From the NCBI GenBank assembly GCA_902770735.1, contig CACXUB010000002.1, positions 1 to 61,903 of the forward strand: a DNA stretch of 61,903 nucleotides, written 5' to 3'. The notes under the pieces were generated by a model. It searched no databases. It saw only the letters and a program-made list of their open reading frames with translations, and was not told where the DNA came from. The translations under genes were made by a program, and so were the position numbers. Shown here piece by piece: positions 25,701 through 36,573 of the stretch; within the stretch, counting starts at the first letter, position 1, and each line of letters starts with the position of its first letter. The DNA is from an uncultured Bacteroidota bacterium. GTDB lineage: Bacteria; Bacteroidota; Bacteroidia; Bacteroidales; WCHB1-69.

Positions 25701-25857
25701 AGACAAGCTGAAATTCAAAGTCGGCAAAGCGAAATACGCCACTATGTTCCAGCCGGAGAAACGCAAGGTTGTGGAGACCAGTGTTTTAGAACTCAAAACA
25801 CTCATCAACAAAACCTTGCAAGCGAACGTAAAAAACGATGACGCGTTGACACGGTAA
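22732..25857 (+). CDS. AsmA-family outer-membrane biogenesis protein
   Basis: 1041 aa. N-terminal TM anchor, long beta-rich repetitive body, AsmA-like N- and C-terminal regions recognised by eye. Confidence 0.7.
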   Translation: MKKPLKIGLISLGSILLLIIIAASIALFCIFSPSKLAKIVNSQADRFLTCEFHMDNAGLTFFKTFPKIGLDLENVVLKNPQNADVSDTLLFVKDCLATLNIRELIKNKHAEINDFSLENGLLNLYVDENGNGNYDVFRSNDTSSFDYSIDLQKVKAKNLDIRYQNGKAKQKAAAKGVDLTVNGKFENNNIEGKAKIYADNLVFAMKDSTALSFSGNDVMVSYDGVFTDFNLIDGNLVADVSNTVLCHDTTTYLNGMDLTVSSNLQADLSALDFELQDTRLKLEDQTLDVNGSVDIDTLSSDIHTDLHYETGNWNIDWILPLIPRSIIGNTLDDMQIHGTLALEGDVKGTLSDKETPKVTSGIKWTDGDFAMKDLPLDFTNVEGHFDLNLDLDNQTDLTVKSLSATTRKRNKITASGTVKNLLGKMLLNILATGKLHVADFKDFLPEDFTEYGGKADLKVNTQLTYDPEKEFTVDNITKATINGQFTDLKMLYEDTMSVYSPDLQVDLTFPVTEKPYKIDEWLNAKVKTSELSIQNIRTRERKEINGSSIQLDAYTNNLLDSTVDLKFATTYKLNQLSMWADTISAHLSNPQGVFVLKNMNQMRLDYNGNNAIVYVSNSGQSTSSKKGNLIDFSTDKLNLKAEIDYKDNEENPLLRWSPVVKLQTTNAKADIRDIAHAIKIPALDIDFNPKKCVLKKANIQFGQSAASLTGTITGIEPFLHGTGLLKGNLDLVADYLNLNELMDLADGFGAPDSLIEQAEQLEAKNGDSPFIVPFGMDVNMKTTIKKALYEDVEFRNIAGRVYVKDGVLVLEEMGLTNDAARMQLTAMYRTPRMNHLFLGFDFHLLDIKIDKLIAMIPEVDTILPMLKAFSGNAEFHFAAETYLKSNYDIKYSTLRGAAAINGHDLVVLDSETYKNIAKKLMFSKKTENKIDSLSTEITIYKNEIDVYPFLLSIDKYSAIISGRHNLDMTYDYNISLVKPIRIGLDIIGLEDKLKFKVGKAKYATMFQPEKRKVVETSVLELKTLINKTLQANVKNDDALTR

Positions 25858-25953
25858 CGCGAGAAAACGGAAAAACTTCGTATCCGTAAATTATGTACAT
25901 TTGCAACGTTTTTGTTTGAAATATAAAACACTGAAAGACAATTTGTTAGGATT

Positions 25954-26379
25954 ATGAATACGATGAAAGAAACGGAAGAGGAACTCATTCAGGAGTTTGA
26001 AATGTTCGACGACTGGATGGACAAGTACAACTACATTATCGAGTTGGGCAAAGAACTTCCCATGATAGACCCGCAATACAAGACCGAGGAGTACCTCATC
26101 AGCGGCTGCCAATCGCAAGTTTGGCTGCACCCGGAAATGAAAGACGACAAGCTCTTTTTCACTGCCGACAGCGATGCCATCATCACGAAAGGCATTGTCA
26201 ATCTGTTAATTAGAGTTCTTTCTGGTCATACACCGCAGGAGATTCTCGACAACGATCTCTCCTATCTGGACGTCATCGGTTTGAAAAACCACCTGTCCCC
26301 CACACGCTCCAACGGCCTTGCCTCTATGATCAAACAGATAAAATTATACGCTTTGGCCTGTTCCGCCAAACAATCTTAA
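25954..26379 (+). CDS. sufE: SufE-like cysteine desulfuration protein
   Basis: 141 aa. ..YLISGCQSQVWLH.. (conserved Cys), ..ADSDAIITKGIVNLL.. Confidence 0.8.
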   Translation: MNTMKETEEELIQEFEMFDDWMDKYNYIIELGKELPMIDPQYKTEEYLISGCQSQVWLHPEMKDDKLFFTADSDAIITKGIVNLLIRVLSGHTPQEILDNDLSYLDVIGLKNHLSPTRSNGLASMIKQIKLYALACSAKQS

Positions 26380-26390
26380 AATTTCAAAAA

Positions 26391-26636
26391 ATGAGAAAAC
26401 TTTTTTGCATCATTACCGTTTTCGCCATCATTACCTGTTTGGCCTCTTGCAGCATGAAAGAATGCCAATGTTACTCCACAAATGTTTTCACCCGGAATGA
26501 CAGCATTGTTCAAGCGGCAACCGACACTGTTAAAAATTTCACCCGCAACGAATGCGAGGAATTCAACAAAGAAGAGGTGCTCACGATGGATTCCAACCTT
26601 GTCATCCATCACACCCTCTACTGTGAAGAAAAATAA
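26391..26636 (+). CDS. Small Cys-rich lipoprotein, hypothetical
   Basis: 81 aa. Signal and lipobox ITCLASC. No family recognised. Confidence 0.45.
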   Translation: MRKLFCIITVFAIITCLASCSMKECQCYSTNVFTRNDSIVQAATDTVKNFTRNECEEFNKEEVLTMDSNLVIHHTLYCEEK

Positions 26637-26664
26637 TTCGAACAGAGGTTAAAAACCGTTAATA

Positions 26665-27528
26665 ATGAACGAGGAAAAAAAAGGAATTGCGTTAGTGACC
26701 GGAGCAGACGGAGGGATGGGCCGTATTCACGTGCGGGAGCTGGCCAAGGCGGGATACGACGTGATTATGGCCTGCATCGACACGGAAGCCGCACGACCGG
26801 TGATGGAGGAAATCCAACGGGAAACCGGCGGGACTTTCCATCTGATGCAGGTGGATCTCAGCAATTTGGCGGATATCGTGCGCTTCGCCGATGAAGTGAA
26901 AAGCCGTTTCCCTTCTCTGCAGATACTGCTGAACAACGCCGGGGTGCTGCCCAGCCATTCCAAGACCAGCGTGAACAACGTTGAATACATTATGGCTGTT
27001 AACTATCTGGGGCACTTTACGTTGACAAATTTGCTGCACCCCATCATGGGACAGGGCACACGCATTGTCAGCATGATTTCCCTGGCTTACGTCCTCGGAA
27101 AGATAACACCGAAAACGTTCGCCCCGAAGACACAGAAGGAGTATAACCGCTTCACCGCCTACGGAAGCTCCAAATTAGCCCTTTACTACTTTATGCTCGA
27201 CGCTTCGGAAGCTTGGAAGGACGAAGGCATCTGCTTCAACGTTTCCGACCCTAACATCGTGGACACCGGCATCATCCGGATGGACAACGTGGTGGTGGAC
27301 AAACTGTGCGACTGGCTCTTCCGGCCGCTGATCAACACACCCGAACAAGGCGCCGCCAACATGCTGACCGCCGCCATTGATCCGAAATATCAAGGTGTTA
27401 CGGGACAAATCTTCAAGAACCGAAAAGTGGCCAAGCACAAAAAACGGTTCTATAACAATTTGAAACAACGTAAATTATTAAGAGAACTGACCTTGCAGAT
27501 TCTCGCCGACAACAACATCCATCTATGA
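26665..27528 (+). CDS. SDR-family oxidoreductase
   Basis: VTGADGGMG (TGxxxGxG), NNAG, YGSSK (YxxxK). Confidence 0.8.
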   Translation: MNEEKKGIALVTGADGGMGRIHVRELAKAGYDVIMACIDTEAARPVMEEIQRETGGTFHLMQVDLSNLADIVRFADEVKSRFPSLQILLNNAGVLPSHSKTSVNNVEYIMAVNYLGHFTLTNLLHPIMGQGTRIVSMISLAYVLGKITPKTFAPKTQKEYNRFTAYGSSKLALYYFMLDASEAWKDEGICFNVSDPNIVDTGIIRMDNVVVDKLCDWLFRPLINTPEQGAANMLTAAIDPKYQGVTGQIFKNRKVAKHKKRFYNNLKQRKLLRELTLQILADNNIHL

Positions 27529-28439
27529 TTATTCCGCCCTATCTGACTGAAGGTGATACCGTTGCGCTGGCCGCTCCCGCGCGGAAGATTTCCAAATCCG
27601 AAATCCTCCCGGCGGAAAATTGGCTGAAGAAAAACGGTTTTAACGTTTTTTATGACGACCGGCTGTTTGCGGAAGACCATCAGTTTGCGGGCAACGACAC
27701 CCTGCGCGCCGAATACTTCCAAGATCTGCTCGACAACAACGACGTGAAAGCGATTTGGTGTGCACGCGGCGGCTATGGATCGGCCAGAATCATTGACAAT
27801 CTGGACTTTACACGATTCCAACAACATCCGAAGTGGATCTGCGGATACAGCGACATCACCGTCTTTCACAACCATCTGCAACAAAACCTCCAAACAGCCA
27901 CCATCCATGCCACCATGCCCATCAATGTGACGGATAAGAACACTCAATCACCTGTTTTACAATCTTTTCTGCAAGCATTGACCGGCCAAACCCTGACCTA
28001 CGAACTGGAAATCCATCCTTTGGCAAGAACAGCACCTTTTTCAGGAATTTTAACAGGAGGCAACCTTTCCATGCTCTACTCCCTTATCGGTTCCCCTTCC
28101 GACATCGACACCCACGGAAAAGTGCTGCTCATCGAAGATTTGGACGAATACCTGTACCATATCGACCGAATGGTTCTCAATTTGAAACGCAGCGGGAAGT
28201 TCTCAGGCATCAATGCGTTGTTGGTCGGGCATTTGAGTGACATGCACGACAATACCGTCCCGTTCGGGAAAACCGCAGAGGAGATTGTGGCTGACCAGTG
28301 CCGCGACTTGGATTTTCCGCTCATATACAACGTCCCTGCCGGACACCTTCCCGACAACCGCGCACTCCGACTGGGTTGCGTAACCGAAGGCTTAATCAAA
28401 GACAACAAATTCATAATCAATAATTTGAATCATGCTTAG
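27525..28439 (+). CDS. LD-carboxypeptidase (peptidase S66)
   Basis: 304 aa. ..IWCARGGYGS.., ICGYSDIT (Ser nucleophile), ..LIEDLDEY.., ..PAGH.. ATGA overlap upstream. Confidence 0.8.
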   Translation: MIIPPYLTEGDTVALAAPARKISKSEILPAENWLKKNGFNVFYDDRLFAEDHQFAGNDTLRAEYFQDLLDNNDVKAIWCARGGYGSARIIDNLDFTRFQQHPKWICGYSDITVFHNHLQQNLQTATIHATMPINVTDKNTQSPVLQSFLQALTGQTLTYELEIHPLARTAPFSGILTGGNLSMLYSLIGSPSDIDTHGKVLLIEDLDEYLYHIDRMVLNLKRSGKFSGINALLVGHLSDMHDNTVPFGKTAEEIVADQCRDLDFPLIYNVPAGHLPDNRALRLGCVTEGLIKDNKFIINNLNHA

Positions 28440-29019
28440 CGACTTTCTCTTCAAATATGTATATCGGGTGAAACCCATCCCCTATCCGGATCCCAATGGC
28501 ACCGTTCCCAAAAGCGTGCTGATGATGGCCCCGCACACCTCTATTATGGACTTCGTGATCGGACTGGCAGCAATGCAATATTATGACCTGCATGCCAACA
28601 CCATCATCAAAAAAGAGTTCTTCTTCTTCCCTTTGAATCTGTTACTGAAGAAGTTGGGAGGTATTCCGGTGGATCGAAAACACGCGAGAAACTTCGTGGA
28701 GTATGCCGCGAACGTCATCAAAGAACGCGAACGTATCACTCTGATTATCTGTCCGGAAGGCACACGTAAAAGAGTGGAAAGATGGAAACGCGGGTTCTAC
28801 CAGATTGCCATGGAAGCCGGGGTGCCGATCAGCTTGGGCTACATCGACTACAAAACCCGGACCTGCGGAATCATGTCCATATTCCATCCCACGGGCGACT
28901 ACGAAAAAGACATGCAGGAAATTCAGGCGCAATACTATGGTTTACAAGGTTATAGAAAGGGGAGATTCAACTTGGAGGACAAACCGCACGCCCACCCGGA
29001 ATGGTTTGACATGAAATAA
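28432..29019 (+). CDS. 1-acyl-sn-glycerol-3-phosphate acyltransferase family protein
   Basis: HTSIMD (HxxxxD) and CPEGTR motifs. Confidence 0.7.
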   Translation: MLSDFLFKYVYRVKPIPYPDPNGTVPKSVLMMAPHTSIMDFVIGLAAMQYYDLHANTIIKKEFFFFPLNLLLKKLGGIPVDRKHARNFVEYAANVIKERERITLIICPEGTRKRVERWKRGFYQIAMEAGVPISLGYIDYKTRTCGIMSIFHPTGDYEKDMQEIQAQYYGLQGYRKGRFNLEDKPHAHPEWFDMK

Positions 29020-29026
29020 ACCGTAA

Positions 29027-30127
29027 TCAATCCTTCGTGATTCGCTCCAACTTTCTGACTTTCCGCTCCTTACTGTTTTTGACCAACTCGTCAAAATCAA
29101 AGGCAAGGTCGATACAATTCGGTGTGGCGCCCAACGCATAGTGCAACCGAGAAAATCCAAAGCGTATTCCTTTGATATTCAATTGGAAACCGTAAGAAAA
29201 TCCAGCCATCGACTTGCGCGACAGCACCTTCATTTCTTGATGAACATTGTGGTTATAAGCCACTTGCAATGAAAAATACTTTATGGGAACCAGCTCCAAC
29301 CCGAAGACGAAATGCCGGAAAAGGTTGTCAGCGAACTGCGCCGCCTTGGATGGGTATTGCGGCTCACCGGTAATGGCATCCTGCCCGATGAACGGATTGT
29401 CGCGCCCGTAATAGCTCATGTTCCAACGATAAAGGGAATGCAGCGAGATATGATAACGGATCGGGACGTGCTGCAACCGTTGCGAGAAAGCCAACTGCAA
29501 ATCGAACGGCAACATTTCGTGGTTGCCCGGGGCGTAACACTTCACCTGACCGCCGATGTTTTTCGCTAACAACGTGAGAGACAAGTTCTTCTCGTCATTG
29601 AAATAACTTCCGGCCACATCCACGGCCAATCCAGAGGAGAAATAAGGACCGTAGTGGCTGAACACCGTTTTCAGATTCGCACCGACCGAAAAATGGGCAG
29701 ACAACTCGCGTCCCCAGCCGAGAACCAAGGCATAGTCGCCAGCCGAAAAAGTGCCTGTCTCAACGCCTGTCTCGTCCGCGCCGCGAAAAGAACCGTACGG
29801 CAGACCGTAAACGCCTATCGCAAAGCTGCCCGCTTTGGGAAACGTGTGCGAATACGCCACCGCCATGGCATTGCTCTTGGTGAAATAATCGGTGTAGTTC
29901 AATGCCAAGTTGTTGTGCTGGCGCTCACTGATGAACGAAGGATTTGAAAACAGCAAAGTCGGGTCATCGTCATGCACGGACACAAGGTTTCCTCCCAAAC
30001 TCAAAAGTCTGGAAGAATAGCTGAGGTTCAAGAAGTTATACACAAACTTCCCGCCGATTTGCGCACGCACGCACGCCATTCCGATGACCAGTAGCAAAAC
30101 CCCTATAAGATATCGCCAATGCTTCAT
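29027..30127 (-). CDS. porQ: Type IX secretion system protein PorQ-like outer-membrane protein
   Basis: 366 aa. Signal peptide then ..GGKFVYNFLNLSYSSRLLSLGG.., which matches my memory of the PorQ N-terminus. Beta-barrel pattern. Confidence 0.6.
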   Translation of the reverse strand: MKHWRYLIGVLLLVIGMACVRAQIGGKFVYNFLNLSYSSRLLSLGGNLVSVHDDDPTLLFSNPSFISERQHNNLALNYTDYFTKSNAMAVAYSHTFPKAGSFAIGVYGLPYGSFRGADETGVETGTFSAGDYALVLGWGRELSAHFSVGANLKTVFSHYGPYFSSGLAVDVAGSYFNDEKNLSLTLLAKNIGGQVKCYAPGNHEMLPFDLQLAFSQRLQHVPIRYHISLHSLYRWNMSYYGRDNPFIGQDAITGEPQYPSKAAQFADNLFRHFVFGLELVPIKYFSLQVAYNHNVHQEMKVLSRKSMAGFSYGFQLNIKGIRFGFSRLHYALGATPNCIDLAFDFDELVKNSKERKVRKLERITKD

Positions 30128-30180
30128 TGTTCAAACTGCAAAGATATACTTTTTGTATATAAAACCTAACTTCTGAAAAT

Positions 30181-30801
30181 CTATTCCCTACTCCCTTTTT
30201 TTTGTTGCCTGTTACCTTTCCCTGTTGCCTTTTTCTCCACCGAAAACCCGAATTTGCCGATTATTTCACCTAACGTGTAGTAGTGACCGTGCGAGTAAGT
30301 CACCAAATCGGCGCGACGAAGGTCTATGGCATCCGTTTTTTTCGAGAACAAATTTTCGTTGACATGCACCGCGACCACTTCGGCGAGGAACATGTCGTGA
30401 GTGCCGAGCGGGAGCACCTGCGTGACCTTGCATTCCAAGTTCACGGGCGATTCCTCGATCATGGGGGCGTTCACCTGCGTGGCGCGCACCGGCGTGAGCC
30501 CCGTCTCCACGAACTTGTTGTACTTCTTCCCCGAACGCACACCGCACCAATCGGCGCAATCCGACAACTCCTTGTTAACCAAGTTGATAACAAAACAACC
30601 ACTCCTTTTGATGATGTCATAGGAATGGCGGGTCGGACGGATGGAAACAGAACACATGGGCGGATCGGAATTAACCGTGCCCGCCCATGCGACCGTAATG
30701 ATATTATATTCGTCGAGCGTGGCGCCGCAGGAGACCATGACCACCGGAGTGGGGTTGAGCATGTTGCCTCCGCGCAGCGTCCTTTTGCGAATCTTAGCCA
30801 T
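30181..30801 (-). CDS. Flavin reductase family protein
   Basis: 206 aa. ..NPTPVVMVS..NIITVAWAGTVNSDPPM.. flavin-reductase-like domain. TAATG overlap with the upstream gene. Confidence 0.8.
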   Translation of the reverse strand: MAKIRKRTLRGGNMLNPTPVVMVSCGATLDEYNIITVAWAGTVNSDPPMCSVSIRPTRHSYDIIKRSGCFVINLVNKELSDCADWCGVRSGKKYNKFVETGLTPVRATQVNAPMIEESPVNLECKVTQVLPLGTHDMFLAEVVAVHVNENLFSKKTDAIDLRRADLVTYSHGHYYTLGEIIGKFGFSVEKKATGKGNRQQKKGSRE

Positions 30802-31649
30802 TATCTGCCGAGACCTACTGCGGTGTAGTTAGGAACGATCAGCAGCGGCATCTTGGAGGTGCTGAGGATTTCACGCATGTGTGCGTTGCTCGTGAAATCG
30901 GTCTCGTTCTCCTCGCGCATAATGACAATCAAGTTGGAATCCAATGTGTTAGCGTGGTTCAACAGATTCTGCACAAGATTGTCCTGAACGGTAAGCGGGT
31001 ACATTTCGTGACGCACATTGGCATCCTCGCACATGTCGGCGGCGTGGCGCATCTGCACGTTGATGATGTGGCGCGTGTCGGTATTGTTCGGGTAGTAGAT
31101 ACCTGCGATGGAGATTTTGGCCGCGAAACATTTAGCCAAGTACGTGGCATAGCGCATCTTCTGCAACGTCTCGAAACTCAAATCGATAGGCGCGTAAATA
31201 TTGTGGAGGTCGCGTTTGATCTCGATATTCTCACGCATGATCAGAATCGGCACGGAAGAGTCTTTGATCAGACGATAGACGTTGTTGCCGATGTATCCTT
31301 CCTCGAATCCAGAGGTGCCGTGCGTGCCCATCACGATGATGGCGTTGGGCTGGTTGGCGGCATATTTGTTCATCTCGGCATGAACTTTACCTTCCAAGAT
31401 AACTGTATTTACCTCTGTTTCAGGGGACTCTAATTTACACATGTTTTTCCATTCATCCAAAGACGCTTGCACTTTGTGGATGTAATTGTCTCCACCGTCT
31501 TCGGTAATGTTGTTCGACACGCCGGGGGTCTTCACCCATACCAGATGCATGTCAGCGCCCGTTTTGATAGCTATGGAGATGGCGTGGCGCAGGGCATTGA
31601 GAGAGCTGTTGGAGAAGTCAACACCTACGATGATATTCTTATTTTTCAT
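30801..31649 (-). CDS. Universal stress protein (tandem Usp domains)
   Basis: 282 aa. MKNKNIIVGVDFS.., ..IVMGTHGTSG.. and a second Usp-like half. Confidence 0.75.
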   Translation of the reverse strand: MKNKNIIVGVDFSNSSLNALRHAISIAIKTGADMHLVWVKTPGVSNNITEDGGDNYIHKVQASLDEWKNMCKLESPETEVNTVILEGKVHAEMNKYAANQPNAIIVMGTHGTSGFEEGYIGNNVYRLIKDSSVPILIMRENIEIKRDLHNIYAPIDLSFETLQKMRYATYLAKCFAAKISIAGIYYPNNTDTRHIINVQMRHAADMCEDANVRHEMYPLTVQDNLVQNLLNHANTLDSNLIVIMREENETDFTSNAHMREILSTSKMPLLIVPNYTAVGLGR

Positions 31650-31678
31650 AACGATTAATTTTTTTTATGATGACTGTA

Positions 31679-33169
<1,491 letters not shown>

Positions 33170-33306
33170 TTATTTTCGCGCAAAAATAGGAAAATTATTG
33201 ATACCTGCGCTTTTTACATGAAAAAAAATATCCACAACCTTCACAGCGAAGAAATTTGTTATCTTTGCGGCTGTTTTCAAAACTTGGAAATTACAAACAA
33301 GCGTAT

Positions 33307-34902
33307 ATGAAGAAACTGTTATTCACCATCGGAATTGTTTTGTTCTGTTTTTGGTGTTTCGCTCAGAACGAGGAACTCGTGGGCGCGAACTGCACCTCCA
33401 TCATGGTCGGGAAGAAGGCCTCCGCCGACGGCTCCGTCATCACCTCGCACACCTGCGACAGCAAGTACCGCACGTGGGTGACCATCGAGCCCGCCGCCGA
33501 CCACAAGCCCGGCACCATGCACAAAGTCTATAAGGGCACCATGCACACGGAAACCGCCAAGAGCATGGAAAACCTCGTGCTTGCCGGCGAGATCCCCGAG
33601 GCCGCGCACACCTACGCCTACATGAACACCGCCTACCCCTGCATGAACGAGCATCAGCTGGCCATGGGCGAGAGCACCTTTTCCGGTCCCGACACCCTGG
33701 TGAACGAAAACGCCATGTTCATGATTGAAGAGCTGCAACGTATTGCCTTACAACGTTGTACGACAGCCCGCGAGGCTATCCTGCTCATCGGCGACCTGGT
33801 GAAACAGTACGGCTACGCTGATGGCGGCGAGTGCATCACCATCGCCGACAAAAACGAAGTGTGGCAGATGGAAATCCTCGGCGAAGGCCCCGACGTGATC
33901 GGCGGCATGTGGGTGGCGCAGCGCGTGCCCGACGACGAAGTGGCCGTGAGCTGCAACGTGCCCCGCATCGGCAAACTCAACCGCAAGGACAAAGCCAACT
34001 TCCTCTGCTCCGACAATATCGAGAAAGTGGCCAAAAAATACGGCCTTTGGGACGGCAAAGGCGATTTCCTCTGGTGGAAAGCCTTCAACGCCTCTTACGC
34101 CGAAGGCAAAAACCACAAGGAACGCGAATGGTACATCTTCAACGAACTCGCCCCTTCCCTGAAACTCGACCTCAACGCCGAAGCACTGCCCTTCTCCGTG
34201 AAACCCGAGAAAAAAGTTGACGTACGAGACGTTATGGCCTTGTTCAGAGCTACTTACGAAGGCACTGTGCTCGACCAGGTCGGCAATCTCAAAATAGAAG
34301 TCAACCGCAAAGACAAGAACGGGAACCCCTACAAGGACACCATCATCTGTCCGAACGCCAACCCGTGGATGGACGGCAACGAACGCGCCCTTTACAACGC
34401 GCTGAAGCCCGGCACCGTCACGTTCTACCGCGGCGTGGCCATGTCGTGGTGCTCCTACTCGTTCATCATGCAGTGCCGCGACTGGCTTCCCGACGAAGTG
34501 GGCGGTCTCTGCTGGTTCTCTGTGGAGAATCCCGGACAAAGCCCGCGCATTCCGATTTACGCCGGTGCCACCAAGATGCCCGCCGGATTCGAAGTGTGCG
34601 GCCATTACCGCTACAACGAGAACGCCGTGCTGTGGCACTACCGCAAGGCCAACAAACTCGCGCAAGTGCGCTGGGGTCGTACCAAAGACATGATGATGGC
34701 CAACATCATGCGTTACGAAAACAAGGCTTTCGAAGAACTTCCCGCCCTGGAGAAAAAAGCGGTCAACTTGTTGAACGACGGCAAGAAAGAGGAAGCTCAG
34801 AAGCTGCTCAACCAGTACAGTGCGGACTTCGCCGGCGCCACCCGCCAGACCTGGCAGGAGATGGAGCACAAGATCTGGGAGATGTTCTGGACAGGATTCT
34901 AA
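33307..34902 (+). CDS. C69-family dipeptidase (secreted)
   Basis: Trimmed to MKKLLFTIGIVLF (ATG 33307). Signal peptide then ..ANCTSIMVGKKASADGS.. (N-terminal Cys nucleophile). Confidence 0.8.
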   Translation: MKKLLFTIGIVLFCFWCFAQNEELVGANCTSIMVGKKASADGSVITSHTCDSKYRTWVTIEPAADHKPGTMHKVYKGTMHTETAKSMENLVLAGEIPEAAHTYAYMNTAYPCMNEHQLAMGESTFSGPDTLVNENAMFMIEELQRIALQRCTTAREAILLIGDLVKQYGYADGGECITIADKNEVWQMEILGEGPDVIGGMWVAQRVPDDEVAVSCNVPRIGKLNRKDKANFLCSDNIEKVAKKYGLWDGKGDFLWWKAFNASYAEGKNHKEREWYIFNELAPSLKLDLNAEALPFSVKPEKKVDVRDVMALFRATYEGTVLDQVGNLKIEVNRKDKNGNPYKDTIICPNANPWMDGNERALYNALKPGTVTFYRGVAMSWCSYSFIMQCRDWLPDEVGGLCWFSVENPGQSPRIPIYAGATKMPAGFEVCGHYRYNENAVLWHYRKANKLAQVRWGRTKDMMMANIMRYENKAFEELPALEKKAVNLLNDGKKEEAQKLLNQYSADFAGATRQTWQEMEHKIWEMFWTGF

Positions 34903-34974
34903 TAATGGTTAAAGGTTAGAGGTTAATGGTTAATGGTTAGTGTGGTTAGGGGTTAGTGTGGTTAAAGTTAAAAC
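34900..34974 (+). repeat. Heptad array TAA-TAATGGT-TAAAGGT-TAGAGGT-TAATGGT-TAATGGT-TAGTGTGGT-TAGGGGT-TAGTGTGGT-TAAAGT-TAAAAC
   Basis: Begins with the dipeptidase stop codon. TAA/TAG recurs at offsets 0, 3, 10, 17, 24, 31, 38, 47, 54, 63 and 69, covering all three frames. Confidence 0.9.
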
Positions 34975-34993
34975 AATATAAAATCATTTCAAT

Positions 34994-35368
34994 ATGGAAA
35001 AAAAGAGCAAAGTTATCATGATTGCCGCATTGGTGGCATTGGTCGTTTTAATTATCGCATTGCTGGTTTGCAATAGCAAATCTCACAAAATCAGCAAATT
35101 GGAGAAGTTTACCGACCAAGTGGAGCAAAAGTACACGAATTATTCCGAATCCGATTTGGAAAAGGCCCAGGCAAAGTTTGACAAGTATGTCGCCGCCGTG
35201 GAAAAGAAAGAGCTTTCCGGTGAAGAGACCACGCACGTAAACCAACTCAAAGGCGAATGCAAGGGCTATTTCGCCCAAGCCAAGGCCCGTCTCATTCTGA
35301 AGGATTTCCAGGATGCCGTGGAAGATGCCGGTGATGAGGTGAAAGGCGTCATCGAGTCGTTGAAGTAA
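34994..35368 (+). CDS. Hypothetical membrane-anchored helical protein
   Basis: 124 aa. One N-terminal TM helix then a charged helical region. 3' end overlaps the convergent gene by 20 nt. Confidence 0.4.
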   Translation: MEKKSKVIMIAALVALVVLIIALLVCNSKSHKISKLEKFTDQVEQKYTNYSESDLEKAQAKFDKYVAAVEKKELSGEETTHVNQLKGECKGYFAQAKARLILKDFQDAVEDAGDEVKGVIESLK

Positions 35369-36515
35369 ACTCGAATTTCGACTCAGGAACGCTGTCTATC
35401 AGCTCCTTAGTATCTTTGTAGAACAATTTCAACGCCACGGAGTCCGCCCCGTGGAGGTCATACCATGCGCAATTTTCCACCGCGTGTTTCGCGGGGAGGA
35501 TATGGTATTGGTACTTTCCCTGGCACGTTCCCTTATAGACCCAATCGGGCAGGTATTCGTAATCGGTGATCTGTATCACCCCGTTGGTATCGCGCACCAA
35601 CTGACACTTGACAATGATGCCGCCGTCGGTGTAGCGTTTGCGCTGGTTGGAGACGAAATTGCCCAACGAATAGGCCGTAACACGCTGTGCCACACCATAT
35701 TCGTTCCTGTTTTCCAACGTGATGGGCTGCACCACATGCGGGTGTCCGCCGATGACCATATCCGCGCCGCACTCATACATGTAACGGGCGTAGCCTGCCT
35801 GCGCCTTGTTTTGGTGCCGCTCATACTCAATGCCCCAGTGCGGCATCACGATGATGTAGTCGGCATCCGTAGCACGGGCTGTGGCTATGTCATTGAAGAT
35901 GTTAACGGAATCCAACATGTTGACCATAAAGGGTTTGGGAACAGGAATGCCATTCGTGCCATACGTGTAGTTCAACACAGCGATACGGAAACCGTTCTTG
36001 TCGATAATCAACGGATTACGCTGGAAGTAGTCTGTGCTGTCGAGCCAGGTACCCGTGTGCGGGATCCCGAGGCTGTCCATAACGTGGATGGTGCGGCGGA
36101 TACCCTTGGCCCCTTTGTCGCAGGTGTGGTTGTTGGCGGTGAGAAAGACATCGACGCCGGCCTCGAACAACTGCGACATCATATTGTCGGGACAGGAAAA
36201 CTGCGGGTAGCCGGTGTAGGGTGATCCGGCCAACGGCACCTCCATGTTGGCGATGCAAATATCCGCCGAGGCGATATACGGCACGAGGAACCGGTAACAC
36301 GGCGCATAGTCATAGGTACCGTCCTCCATCCGGGCCGCCTCCACTTGCGGGCCGTGCGACATCACATCACCGATGAACATAAGCGTCAGCGTGTCGGGGG
36401 TGGGTGCGGGCTGTTCGGCCACAACCTGGCGATGTTTCGGGAATATTCCATGCGGCCACGAACCGCCAGCCAGCATCAGCAAACCATATAAAAGGCTGAA
36501 AATCAGTATTTTCAT
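35349..36515 (-). CDS. CapA-family (metallophosphatase-like) protein
   Basis: Trimmed to MKILIFSLLYG (ATG 36513-36515). ..LMFIGDVMSH.., ..ANNHTCDKG.., ..MPHWGIEY.., ..GGHPHVVQP.. Confidence 0.75.
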   Translation of the reverse strand: MKILIFSLLYGLLMLAGGSWPHGIFPKHRQVVAEQPAPTPDTLTLMFIGDVMSHGPQVEAARMEDGTYDYAPCYRFLVPYIASADICIANMEVPLAGSPYTGYPQFSCPDNMMSQLFEAGVDVFLTANNHTCDKGAKGIRRTIHVMDSLGIPHTGTWLDSTDYFQRNPLIIDKNGFRIAVLNYTYGTNGIPVPKPFMVNMLDSVNIFNDIATARATDADYIIVMPHWGIEYERHQNKAQAGYARYMYECGADMVIGGHPHVVQPITLENRNEYGVAQRVTAYSLGNFVSNQRKRYTDGGIIVKCQLVRDTNGVIQITDYEYLPDWVYKGTCQGKYQYHILPAKHAVENCAWYDLHGADSVALKLFYKDTKELIDSVPESKFEFTSTTR

Positions 36516-36573
36516 AATCCAAAAAATAAACACGTTTAACAAAATATCAGTTTAGGCGGCAAAGATACATTTT

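Noticed and set aside
34900-34974. CRISPR array or telomere-like repeat interpretation of the GGTTA arrays
   Set aside because: The units are 7 bp with no spacers and total length is under 80 bp. No cas genes are present. The resemblance to TTTAGGG-type telomere repeats is superficial in a circular-chromosome context. Two-tier G-quadruplex potential (GG every 7 nt) is possible, but I cannot evaluate it without folding or biophysics.
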